A stretch of DNA of 64,000 bases, taken from contig LN717261.1 in assembly GCA_001244265.2 (NCBI GenBank), positions 434,001 through 498,000 on the forward strand, in the 5' to 3' direction. This DNA comes from Microbotryum violaceum. Lineage: Eukaryota. A model generated the notes under the pieces. The model did no database searches. It was not told where the DNA came from and saw only the letters and a list, made by a program, of their open reading frames with translations. A program made the position numbers and the translations under genes. Within the stretch, counting starts at the first letter, position 1; the number at the start of each line of letters is the position of its first letter. This document shows, in pieces, positions 1 to 12,269 of the stretch.

Positions 1-2133
1 TTGCCATCATCCTTACGAGGAACAACTGCAAGATCCCCCCCCTGTTGACCAACTCCAATTGGAACCACCGGAGGAGGCTGTGGATCCGGCAAAGTTGGAT
101 CCACAACAGGTGAAGTTGGTGTAGACGGCAACACATCTGGCGGAGGATGAGGAGGATGAGAAGGTTGAGAATGATGAACGGGATCAGAAGCGTCCGCACG
201 ATCTTGAGACAAAGTGACAACGGAAGGAGTCTCAAGGAATGTGACGTGACGCGAAACGTAGACCTGTTTCGACGATTGGACCCAGACACGGTAGTTGTAT
301 TCACCGGAGTACCTGAGGAAAACTCCCTGAATGGAGCGAGGTGCAAGCTTGGAGCGACGCTCCTTGGGAACGTGGACAAACGCCGTAGATCCAAATGGTT
401 GAAGATGAGCAAGACTAGGCTTCTTGCTGGGAAGAACTTCGATTGCCGTTTTTCCTTGAATACGAGGATGTGGTTGACGATTGAGAACAAATGTCACGAC
501 GGCCAGAGCATCTGACCACAATCGCATGGGAAGACCGGAGTCGAGGAGCATTGATCGAACGAGACCCATGAGAGATCCATTGAGTCGCTCTACTTGACCA
601 TTTTGCTCCGGAGTATAGGGGGCCGTGAATTCCACGATGATGCCCTGCTTTTCAAAAAGAGCCCGGAACAATGAGTTGTTGAATTCACGACCATTGTCCG
701 ATCTGACCCTCTTAATTTTCTGACCCGTTTGACGCTCGGACTCGGCTTGAAACTTCGACCATGCTTCGATAATTGTCTCATCCCTCTTGTCCTTTAGCAC
801 GATCGTCCATTTAGCCGTTGATTACTGATCCACGATAGCGAGATAGATAGTATCGCCATGGTGACTGGGGTGCTTGACAAACCCGAGATCGATGAAGACG
901 CAGTAGAGTGCATGAGGCGCTTCGGTACTCTTGTTGGAGAAGGGTGATCGCTTTGACTTGGTCTGGATGCACGAGAAGCAAGGAGTAACCTTCTTGTCCT
1001 TCAGAGTGATGCCAGTGATAGCCCCGGATTTGACGGCCAAAACGATCGCCGCAGGAGATTGACGGCCCAACTTCCGATGTGCTTCCATCAACGTACAGGT
1101 TCCAGTGAGACGATTGGCTCCGACCCTTTAAGGCGATGAGGATGACATGATAGGCTGAACGGGAGCTGCATCCATGACAAACCCCGGACCAGGAAGCGAG
1201 CGCAGAATCGACTTGCCGCGGATGCTGAAAATGAGATTGCTTTGGGGACCAACAGCGTACGTCATCGATTCCAACAGACGGTCGATGAAGATAAACCCGC
1301 ATTGAGCACCTGAAGATAAACCCGCATTGAGCGAAGATAAACCCGCATTGAGCACCGGGCATGTAGTAGACCCTCTTAATGGTGATACGAGCGCCATATG
1401 AGGTAAGAAACGTCACTGAGCCATGACCGGGAGATCCGATTTGAGATTGATCGGCGACAGAAATTTTGAGAGGCTCAGAGACAACGTCCGATAGGACCGA
1501 CTTGTCTCCAACGCAATGGACTTTAGGACCCGAGTCAATGATCCATTGAAAACGTGGCATCGTTCGCGAATAGGGGAAAGTGTAGGTTATCAATGCAGAT
1601 TCATCTGCACCAATGGCAGCTACGTTTGAATTTGAGTCCGAGGAAGCGGGAGCGCTCGCATCCTTGTTCCTGCTTGGACAGAGACGCCAACCACGCTCGT
1701 GTCCCAGTGCTTTGCAGCGCGAACAATACGACTTGGAGTAGTCCTTTTGCGCCGTGGTGGAAATACGGGCGACGAGGCTAGTATCGTCAACGATCCGAGC
1801 GGATAACGATTCCTTTTGTTTGTTTCGGGAATCCGCCATTTCGACGTTCATCAGGAGTTTCGGATAGAACGTGTTCCAATCCATGTGGATGTTGATTTCG
1901 GAGGCAAGGCTCCCAACGATTGAGTCATACTGGGCTGGGAGCGACCGAACGAGCATGCCTGCAAACAGCCAATGCGGAAGCGGAGCTCCGAGGTTCTGAA
2001 AATCGGTCATGGCGATCTTGACCTTGTTGACAAATTCCTTAAGACACAAAGACAAAGATAGGCGCGCGCGCAGAATAAAGTATTAACCAAGACTAGTAGC
2101 AATGAGTTAGGCTCTCAAACCCCACTTCTAACA
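1..2133 (-). mobile_element. Ty1/Copia LTR retrotransposon remnant (Copia-1), runs off the left edge; 5' LTR fragment fused to mid-gag by a deletion
   Basis: Minus strand: gag C-terminus with Zn knuckle CSRCKALGHERGWRLC, protease WIIDSG, pre-integrase HRKLG..CFSC, integrase VFIDLGFV and NGQVERLNGSL. An LTR-like start TGTTAGAAG at 2133 runs ~90 bp and then joins gag directly, with no PBS. Confidence 0.85.
1287..1353. repeat. 21-bp triplication (GAAGATAAACCCGCATTGAGC x3) frameshifting Copia-1 pol
   Basis: Copies at 1287-1307, 1312-1332 and 1333-1353; net +46 nt. Confidence 0.9.
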
Positions 2134-2577
2134 GCGGAGGTTGTTGGCGGCGGCATCTATGCGATTATTAGAGCGGAGGCCGGGTTGTGCGGAGGAGGAG
2201 CGAGAAGTAGCCTCGCTGGCGGCGCGCTCATTTTTTATTTTTTTTTGTATCAGCCTCCCAGGCGTGCTCAGGTCGCTCACGCTGCCAACCTGTCCGCTGC
2301 CCCTGTGTTCTCCGTGAAGATTGTCTGTACGTGAATGTTTGTGAATGACACATTTCGGCAGTGGCAGGAACTGGATGATTGAAGGAATTGCGCTACAATG
2401 TGGTAGACACGCAAAACAGGATGTCTCAGTCTGCTTCGGGAAGCAGAGGATCATGTGCCAGGTTGCTTTGATGGGAAATGGAACCTCGACGAACGTGGGC
2501 GAAACGGTTTTTCGCTGGCCGACCCATGCTGAATCAGCGCTAGCTAGTTTCGGCGACGCGCTAGACCGAGAGCTGCA
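2134..2577 (-). mobile_element. Helitron unit 0: 5'-subterminal remnant, cut on the left by Copia-1
   Basis: Homologous to the 5'-subterminal blocks at 10250-10550, 29990-30090 and 32010-32300 (ggaaatggaacctcg..gcgctagaccgagagctg). Confidence 0.75.
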
Positions 2578-2687
2578 TCACACCGTAACCGTTCACCTGC
2601 AATGTGATGTACTTTGCTGCAACAGCTGCGCTACTGTTGTAACGGAAACGGAGAAGTCCGTGCGCGACAATCAAATGTACACAGTCT

Positions 2688-3988
2688 TCATTTCATCATT
2701 GAGCTACTTTTTTGTTCTCCGGGAGCCCGATGATGGGCTCAGAGTGTCGTCGAGACCTGCGTCGAGTGTGGACCTTTTCACGGGTGTTGCAAGCTTGACT
2801 TGCGAGCTGCCACGTAATGGTGAGCCGCAATTCATCGAGTCAGACGTCTGTTTTTGCGTGACACAATTATCAGTATTCTTGCTGTTGTCTATCTGTAGCC
2901 ATGGCAGTGAAGACTTACATTTAGTGTCCCATGGACCCGGATTCTCAGTGGTATGAAGTCAATCCTTCCGCTGTATTTTCCCGTGGCCTTTGACTTCCAC
3001 GCTCTGCCTTGTATCGAGCGCATGACTGAACAGACATCCCCCACCCTCAGAATGGTGTGTGTACAGATCAGCATGGCCGTCAACGTTGAGGGGCAGCGGT
3101 GTAGCATAGGAATTTGCTACTTTTCGCCCATTGTAAATGCCTTCGGCAGCATTTTTGTAAAAGCTGTGGTACTTGCTTCCATCGATGTCGTTTTCCCAAG
3201 TTGGTAACGGTGGGTGCCCCCCCTTTTCGGGGACAGGGTCACCTCCTATCACAGACGTCCAATGTCTGTTTTTCATATCAGTTGACGTCATGCCTAAGAC
3301 TGCACTCCCATGTGAACGGACGACTCACGCATGTAGTGTCACCAGTTGATGGTGAAGAAAAACAACTCGAGGGTTGATGTTCAAAGAGGATGTGCTGAAG
3401 GGAATTGCTGCTTGGTAGTCTTCCATTAGCTCCTCAATAACCCAAGACCTAGAGCACGGTTAATGGAGTTACTTACATGAGTCTGTAGCTATGCTGCATG
3501 CGGGAGCCATTTCTCGAGAAAATTTCTCCCGTAAGTGTTGCAGAGCGTCGACAACGACGGCTTCGGGTGTTGCGAGCTCGAGACCGATTTGTCGAGAGAA
3601 CAGTTCCGGTCGGCCCACCCGTTCGATGTCCGCATCTCTGAGGCTGAATGGGCGGTTGGTTAACATCAAGGTATATTAATGGTCTGCTCCCCTAAACAAT
3701 TTGCCGTTTGCGTCACTTACTACACCGGTGGCATCCCTGTTGAGGGATCAATTGACACGATCTTCCCAAACATTGTGACGATTACTTGAGCCGTGTCCTG
3801 GGCCAGGACCGCGTGGCCATAGTTACCGTCGGGTAACTTGACGATTTCGAAGTTGTTGGTGTTCAAGGAGGAAAGGGTGGTGCGTTGTTCTGCCCACTGG
3901 GGCAAGTCAATCAACATCATCAATTGAGAGGTCTTCGCTGCACATCGGCGCTGTTGTAAGTGGGTTGTGTTTCGGCTCTTTTCATCAT
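2688..3988 (-). pseudogene. Second multi-exon Helitron gene of unknown function (boundaries approximate)
   Basis: ORF pieces 3720-3923, 3469-3669, 2959-3291 and 2889-3107 separated by minus-strand GTAAGT/GTGAGT donors (~3720, ~3476, ~3328, ~2918) with AG acceptors. Deleted copies recur at 23700-24330 and 31400-32020. Confidence 0.55.
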
Positions 3989-4441
3989 GTACGATGGGAG
4001 GAGGTGCGAAGGGGGTGTGAAGAATAGCAGGGAGAGAGATGGAGGAGTCTGCCCGTCAATTTAAATTGGGCTCATAGAATGTCGCGGAAGACCCCGAAAT
4101 GTCGTGGAGTGAAGCCCAGTGTCGGCAAGCCGTGACACGCTGGCGGGGCGCCTAACGGCGGAATTGGCGCACTGGCGGACACCACCCATCACGTTCGCCG
4201 AGCTTCCATGATCCGCCCAGTCAGGCCACAGCCACTGTTGCCGTTGGGGAATTAGAGGAGTCACCCGGACATCCATGATCCGCTCAGTCAGGCCACAGCC
4301 ACTGTCGCCGTTGGGGAATTAGTCAAGGTGCCATCGTTTCCAGCGCTCCCAGCAGTCAGGAGTCACCCGGACATCTATCCCTCCCCAGTTAATTGGAATT
4401 GGAATTGGCGGAGCTTCACTATGGAGCTTTGACATAACTCT

Positions 4442-7400
4442 TCATTTCATCAACTCAAAAACCATTCTAAAGACGATGTTTTCTGTTACATTGTCTGCTT
4501 CTTCATTCTCTGTCTGATGAAGCAAAACTCTGACACCATCCACATTTGTTGCTCGAGACAACGCAACGTACAACTGGCCGTGAGAAAAGACGGGCGTCTC
4601 CAGACAGACTCCCACCTGCGCAAGTGACTGGCCTTGCGACTTGTTGATCGTCATAGCCATTGCGAGCTGAATCGGAAACTGCGTCCGGTGCAGAGTGAAC
4701 GGAAGCTCAGCCGACAACCCTGTCTTCAGCGTGATCCGTGGCAACAAAACGGGTTGTCCAGCATGATCTCCTGTGAGAATGATGACTTCAAGGACGCGGG
4801 TGTGTAACCGAGTTAACAACAGCCCGGTGCCGTTGCACAGCCCCGCAGCGGGGTCCAAGTTTCTGAGGAGCATAACGGGACATCCCAATTTGGATTTGGC
4901 AGCGTGCAACGCCATCCCGGGAATGTTGAGGCTCTGAAGATACTCGATTGAGAATAGTGATTCGTCTTCGTTTTCGACCGAATCCGCGCTGTAGAACGTC
5001 TGAGGTTCTCCCGGCAGCAGGTCGAGCACCATGTCGTTTATTTGATCCACCTGCGAGTTCTTGGGCGCCAGAATTGCTCAATTTTGAAAATATTCGATTT
5101 TTGCGCCAATTGACATGTTGTTCAGTTCGAAGGCGGGGACGTGATACACGTGTCTGATCAAGCCGGATCTGTTCCTCGTGGTTGCCGGCAGGAGAAGCTC
5201 ACGCGGGAGCGCGATAGAGTCTTCTGTTTTGTTTGCCGAGCCGTCTCCAACTCCCAAGAGCCAATTTGCAAAGTCGTGTGCCTTTTCCCGTTCCGTTTCG
5301 GTCATGCGGTCTGCAGCGGCCAGAAGACGCATGTTTGTCTGCGCTTGCACCGTGCCGCGGTTAGTATAGGGTCTGAAAGTCAAGGAAGGACTACTACTTA
5401 CAGAGAGATGCAGCACCTCAACTTCCCCCCCGAAGTCAGCATTCATGATGCAAGCGTCGACAATTTGTGGAGGCAGTGACTTGGGAATAATGGGAAGACA
5501 TTGCTTCGGATCCACTGTGATGTCACAGTCCAACTGGTCAGTTACTCATGCTGTGCTGTGCTGTGCTGTTGAAAGATTGGAACACACCTGCCAACACAAC
5601 GGTCAGTCCACCAAACCGAGCTGTTGACAATCGCACATCTTGCAACATCCTGTCCACCAGCTGGAAACACCGGTGCCTCGTCCCAGACGATCAAGTCGCA
5701 CATCCGAAAAAGCTCGGTGAGCTGTCCTTGTTTTGGAACATTGCATGTAGAGTCGTCAAAGATGTCGATCGGGATTTTGAACCGTGAATGTGCCGTTCTG
5801 CCTTTTGGCAGTAGCAGTGCAGCAATACCCGATGATGCAATGGCAAGAGCGTATTTTCCCTCTGAGCGAATCCGAGCGCGGATCATTTTTTCCAAGAATG
5901 TTTTGCCTGTCCCTCCCGGAGCATCCATGAAAAAGACTTTTCCACGGCTGTTCAGAATCAAGTCAAGAACTGTCTCAACAACAACGCGTTGTTCAGCGTT
6001 GCACGACTCGAAGTTGTTCCTCCAGAGACCCTCCAATTCGTCGAGTTCTGCTGCTGTGGCTGATTTCTCCATGATGAGACGATTTGTTGAAGCTTTGTCA
6101 TCAAACTGAATCGTTGGCAGCGGCAGGCCGTGGTCTGACAATGAGGAGTCGAGTCGTTGCAGAATGTTGCTGAGCTGTAGCAGGCCCCAGCTGGCTACAT
6201 GCTCGGGTGTGATGATCGGCTGCCGTCTTTGGTTTCGCAGTTGGTATTCAACGTCTTGGGTGAGGTTGTCATAGTGCTTTGCCCATAACTGCGCCGCGTT
6301 TGTGACTCCATCATTGGCCATTAACAGCATGGCAAACAGGTGTCGCAGCTCGTGGCCAGCACGGAAGACCACTGCCTCGGTCAGACATCTGTCGGCTTCA
6401 GCGTCGTTGCGTAGGAGCCCCCGTTTGACACAGGCTTCCCGGAATGTTCGAAACTCAACATCATTGAAAGTCTTCAGATCCGCAAACGATGTCGGAGAAG
6501 GCACCTTGAGAAGAAGTAGCTGCAAGTAGTATTGCTCTCCGCCTTCAGGACCACAAAAGTAGATTCTTCCAATTGTCCGGTTGTCAACTTTTCATGGAAC
6601 CCAAACACGATCTTTGTTGTTCCATGTGAATTGGGTTGGTACGTTGATGTAAAGCAAATCTTGTGCATTGTGATTGGGCAGCATCTTGGTGCACAATTTG
6701 ATGAAGGCGGTTAACATTGTTTCCGGTGGCGCTGATAAATCCAGTGCTCCATGATCTGGGTCGAACCAAACTTGGTGCTCATTCGGCAGGTGCTGCGCAA
6801 GTCTGGCCACTGCGGGATTCCGATCGTGCATCCCGAATCGAAATATCCGGTGAATGGCTTCGGGGGCGCAAACATATCGAGCGTCAAGGAAGTTGTTGAT
6901 TTCGTCTTGAGCTTCGGGTTCGTCGATCGTGAATGAAGTACGGTCGTGGCCCTTGTAAACGTACTTGTACAGGTACTTGATTGCCAACGCCGCTTGCGAT
7001 TTCTACGTTGACATGACAGTTGTACTTGGACGCAAGGAGCGGATTTGTTGGAACAACGTTTGCATCCGTATAAACTTCTTCTTGCGCTGTGCCCGGGAAT
7101 TTGACATACTGGTGTATGCCGCAACGCCGGTAGTGTGGATAGCCACCATCTTCGCTGGTCGTGCGCGGTTGGAGTTGTTTGGGAAACCGTTTGGTACATT
7201 TTCCATGGTTGTCATGGCAGGTATGCTTGCCGGGACGATCACATCGCCGGTGTAGCATGGAGTTTGTGATGGTCTCAAACAATGCGGGAAATTTGTCGCG
7301 GTCCGGTATTTCTGCGGTGACTATCTTGTCGTAGTCGTCGTTTGTTTTTGGTTTGTCTTCAGGGTCCATGATCAAAAGGATATGGGCGTGAGGCAGTCCG

Positions 7401-9981
7401 CGATTTTGAAATTCAACAACATAGACATATGCAATGACCTGTGCAAAGAATTGAGACTCGTGAGCATTCTATTCATTTTATATTTTAAGGATTCACCGCG
7501 CCGATGACATACCTTTCCAAAGACTCCCGGCGCACGACCAACGCCTAATACATCTGCAAGAAGTGCTTTCAACTTTCCGTGAAAGACCCGTGTTACTATG
7601 TCGGGACGGTCGGATGCGGTTTGGCCCGGAAGCAACGCGTTGACAATTTCCGACCAGGCAGGGTTGCATGTCATCGTGATGGATATGTCCGGAGCACCAA
7701 AAACACGAACAATGGCCATAGCATCTTGATAAAGTTGGACCATTTGGCGTGGTGATCCGGTGTGAGAGGACGGTAGAATGACTCTTTTTGCAATCTGCGC
7801 GGGATCGAGTCCTTCAGCCAGGCTTGCTTGAAGGGACGAATACTCTTCGGCTCTGAGCTTCTTCTGATTGGCTCTCATCCAATATAGCCGTTCTTGTTCA
7901 GTCATTGCCCAGGCATCCGCAACAAATTTCTGGAACAACCGTCCCCCTAGGAACAGCGTCGGGTAACTGATATTGTGAGGACAACTATGGAAATAATACG
8001 CGTTGAATTGGCTCTGTGTAATACGTTTGGATCCGGCCCTTCTGGTTTGTGGGTTGGTGTTGGCGTTATCTGTTGTGCGTTGCAATACACCGTTTTCGTC
8101 TCGCACACGCTGAGCTACCTCTGCTGCGATAGTGTTTTGGCTGAGGGGGATTCTGTTGTGGTACCAGTCTTCGCCATATGGTAACAATAGCGGGTATGTG
8201 AGTGCCATGAGTGCAGGGTGACCATCGTGAATCAGCTGACTTCTGCAACTGTCATTGTTTGGCGGGTTACGTAACCGAACGACAATCTTTCTTCTTGAAG
8301 ATTGGTACTCGGTGTCGTCTCCGGGTAGTATGACGGCCACCTCCTCTTGCGTTGGCAAGTTGTACATTCTCGGGTCTTGATTGCGCGGTGCAAGTAAGCG
8401 GAGCTGGTACATGTGAGATGCTTCACTGTCCATGAATTCTTTTGCCGTTAAGAACAGTTTGACGCATCTGTTGTGGAGTCGCAGCATGCCGTCGAGTACA
8501 GTAATGATCTGCTGATACGCCGAGTCCAGACGTCGAACCTCTTCAGGCGGTCCGTTGAATCTTCGTCGGGCTTCAATCCGTTCGGTCGGAGCCAGGAAAA
8601 GAATCTGGGCAAAGACGGGGTCGTCTGCTGGGCCTGGTGCCAGTGTGCCGATACGGTGAAGTACTGTTCCGCTAAGGTAGAAGGATGGTGGTCCGGAGCC
8701 GCTGATTATGCCATGGCCCTTGCTCGTGCCGAATGATGCCATAGCAAAGCTTTCGTGGAATGCAAGAATGCGGTCCCGAAAGATCTTCTCAACTGTTTCA
8801 CGGATAGTCAGCGAGGCTGTTAGTCCGCTGTACTCATTCTAGCAAGTTGAACGAATCGACGTGTACTAACCTGGACCATCGCCAGTCAGGAGCTTGAGCA
8901 GCTCGGGCGGGGGCTTTTCGATCCCGGGCAATCGAACTTTGCCGTCCGCGCAACAGAGTTTGAACGGTGTGGCGCCGCCTGGGGTTGGTGATTTTTCGAA
9001 CTCCCAGTGTAGAGCCGAACAGATCGGACATTGCAACGTCATTGATCCAAGATCATGCCGGGGAAAAGGCCCTTCTGGCAACGGTAACAGCGCAGTTGGG
9101 ACGGTCTGGCTCGATCGCTCTCTTGCGCGTTGGGGTCGTTGACGCTGCACCGCGGATCGTTGTTCAACGACAGTAGTGGCTGAAGTGGCAGTTGCTTCCG
9201 TATTTGAACTGGCGATGCGAGAAAGGCTTGAAACCGCTTCCATGTGTGGACGAACGAATCTCAAGCCCCGAGGTGAAGGACTGCGGGCCCGTCGCATTTG
9301 CCGGGCCACACTGGGACTGCTGGCTGCCTGTGCAGATCGACTCGACAATCCATTTTGTGCGTCGTCGTGTTGATCGATTGGTGGCAGCGTCTGTGCGATT
9401 AGAGCAGGAGTCGGGTTGTGCGGAGGGGCGCCTGCAGCCTCGCGAACGGCGCGCTCAGCTTGCTCACGTTGCCGACGTCGCTGCTGCCCCTGTGCTCTCC
9501 GCAAAGGTTGTTCATGAGGAAACGGCACGTGAAAGTTAGCAGATGACATGTCGGCAGTTGCAGCGTTTATTGGTGGCGGCGTCTGTGCGGTTAGAGCGGA
9601 GGTCGGGTTGGGCGGAGGAGCGGGAAGGCAGGGGGTCCCTGGAACGGCTTCCATGCGTGGATGAACGAATCTCAAGCCCGGAGGTGAAGGACTGCGAGCC
9701 CGTCGCACTTGCCAGGCGACATTGGGACAGCCGGCTGCCTGTGCAGATCGACTCGACAATCCATTTTGTGCGTTGTCGTGTTGATCGATTGGTGGCGGCG
9801 TCTGTGCGATTAGAGCGGGAGTCGGGTTGTGCGGAGGGGCGCCTGCAGCCTCGCGGGCGGCGCGCTCAGCTCGCTCACGTTGCCGACGCCTCTGCTGCCC
9901 CTGTGCTCTCCGTGAAGGTTGTTGTTGAAGAGACGGAAGGTGAAAGTTAGCTGACATATTGGCAGTAGCGTATATAATCAT
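4442..9981 (-). pseudogene. Helitron Rep-helicase (HUH endonuclease + PIF1-family helicase), intron-containing, frameshifted
   Basis: N-terminal CPICSALHW..CCADGKV; LPSSHTGSPRQMVQLYQDAMA..TMTCNP..DRPD; HUH motif EFQNRGLPHAHIL (~7376-7414); YLYKYVYKG; helicase DAPGGTGKT, GRTAHSRF, DEAP, QFP..AMTINKSQGQSL, FSHGQLYVALSR. Introns 8793-8870 (GTTAGT..CTGAC..CAG), 7439-7512, ~5516-5587 and ~5339-5401. Stops and frameshifts at ~6592, ~6985, ~5670 and ~5080. Confidence 0.95.
9241..9970. repeat. In-frame 411-bp-period duplication in the RepHel N-terminus
   Basis: catgtgtggacgaacgaatctcaagccc at 9241 matches catgcgtggatgaacgaatctcaagccc at 9652; the protein repeats MSANFH..RRAQGQQRRRQRE..RRARSPSP. Confidence 0.9.
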
Positions 9982-11500
9982 TCCGAGGTTAACTAAGTCA
10001 GATAGAATTTTCAGAGGTTTTTGGCGGCGGCGTCTGGATTAGAGCGGAGGTCGGGTTGAGTGGAGGAGCGGGAAGGCAGGGGGTCCCTGCAACGGCTTCC
10101 ATGCATGGACCACACATTCAAGTTTTTAACTGTCATCGTGCGCAAGTTCTGGATTGATGCTTTTGGCGAAGCAGCCTTGCGGACGGCGCATCGGCGACCC
10201 GTCGGCTGCCCCTGGGGGCTCTGCTCTCCATGAAGAATGTTATACAGCAGAAAACCACGGAGCGTCGTGGAGTGAAGCCCAAAGCAGAGGGTCACGTGCC
10301 AGGCTGCTTGGATGGGAAATGGAACCTCGACGAACATGGACAAAACGGTCTGTCGCCACGTGGTCTGTCTCCCGTTCTCTGACGTTCTTTGACGTCGACG
10401 TGGTGGACACGCGAAACAGTCTGCTTCGGAACAGAGAGAGTCACGTGCTATTGAATGGAACCTCGGCGAAGGTAGACGAAGCGGTGTCGCCGATGCGGAA
10501 TCAGCGCTAGCTAGTTCTGGGGACGCGCTAGACCGAGAGCTGTCTATGATGTCATGCCACGTAGTTTGTCTCTCGTTCCTTAGTCATTTATATAGATAGA
10601 AGATAGAAGACTAGGTTCGGCGGTGCGCTCCGTGCGCCACCTCACACCGTAACTGTTGACCTGCAACCCGCAGCTGTTCTTCGTGGGCGCCGGCAGAAGC
10701 TCACGTGGGAGCGCGATAGAGTCTTCTGTTCTGTGAGCCGAGCCGTCCCCAACTCCGAAGAAATCTGCAAAGCGCTGTGCCTTTGCCTGTTCCGTTTCGG
10801 TCATGCGGTCTGCAGCGGCCAGAAGTCAGAAGACGCATTGTTGGTCTGCGCTCGCACCGAGCCGTTGTTAGTATAGGGTCTAAAGGTCAGGCGAGGACTA
10901 CTACTTACAGAGAGATCCCTGCAGAAGTCAGCATTCATGATGCAAGCATCGACAATTTGTGCAGGCAATGACTTGGAATAACGGGAAGGCATTGCTTCGG
11001 GTCTCCTATGATGTTACAGTCCAACCGGCCAGTCAGTCATGCTGCCCTGCGCCTTGCTTTTGAAAGATCGGCACATACGTGCCAACACGACGGTCACTCC
11101 GCCGAACCGAGCCGTTGAGGATCTGCCACGGGATGGTGAGCCGCAATTCACGCAATCAGAGCCTGTTGCCTTGCGTGATTTGACTATCAGTATTGTTGCT
11201 GTTGTCCATCTGTAGCAATGGCAGTGAAGACTCACATTTGGTGTTCCAATGACCTGGATTCTCAACCGTAAGAAGTCAAGCAGCACCTCAACTTCCCCCC
11301 ATAAGTCAGTATTCCATGATGCAAGTGTGGACAATTTGTGCAGGCAATGACTTGGAAATTGCGGGAAGGCATCTTGAGAAGACTTGTCCCCTGTGATGTT
11401 ACAGTCCAACCGGTCAGTTAGTCATGCTGCCCTGCGCTGTGCCGTTGAAAGATTGGCATGCACCTGCCAACACGACGGTCAGTCCACCAAACCGAGCCGT

Positions 11501-12238
11501 TGTCTGTTCAGCTTTAGCGGTAAGAGTTCCACGCTCATTGTTCAAGCGCGCATCCGTGCATTCTAGTCCTGACTCAGCGTCAGCCGATCCTAGCCTCTCA
11601 GGAGCGCTCACGTATTCCTAGCCTCTCCAGAGCGCTCAGCATCCTAGGTCTCTCCGTGAGTTCCTCAGAGCCCTCAGCCTCTCTGCGAGTGCCTCGCCTC
11701 CGCGCCGCTTACCCTCTCCTCGGTTCCGCACCGTCGACACGTTCTGGGACCAGCTTGCTGCTCCAGCACTGCCACCCTCTGCCAAGGGTCAGTTGGTCCT
11801 CCAACATTGGATCCTCATCCAAGTGATCCGTCGCTCACCCAGCAGTCTCCCTTCATCAGGACCTTACAGCAGCCTGCTGCTCTCCAGAAACCCTCGACGC
11901 ACGCATGCCTGCCACGCGCTCGAAGTAAGTGTTCAGAATACGCTCAGCTAGTTGCACGACGTACTCATAGCTCACTTGCCCTGCAGTAGCTCTCCACGAC
12001 CTCTCTGTACGATCTCCACCCTTTCCTGGATCGCCCTAGTTGGGCGCACCAAACTAACGCATAGCATCCCATAGGCTACCTCCCGCGGAGTCTTCCCGGA
12101 CGCTCGTTCAATTGTGTTGAACGCCTGCGCTACGCCTCGCAAAGGTATGCTACACCATGCCTCTGTCATAGTTGCTCGGTTACTTATCATCCCCGATCGC
12201 TACGCCTCGCAAAGCGATCTCTCGGTCCTTTAAGCTTC
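11501..12238 (+). repeat. Ngaro repeat A1 (~738 bp)
   Basis: Near-identical to 17195-17779 + 22911-23066. Confidence 0.92.
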
Positions 12239-12269
12239 AAACAGCCCGCCTTGCGCGCCATCAAGGATC

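Larger units (their letters stand above)
2578..10610 (-). mobile_element. Helitron unit A, near full-length autonomous type (RepHel plus second gene), decayed
   Basis: 5' end TCTTCTATCTTCTATCTATATAAA at 10610 (minus). The left end tcacaccgtaaccgttcacctgcaa matches the sequence just inside the 3' hairpin of unit B (10642-10666). Contains the RepHel gene. Confidence 0.88.
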
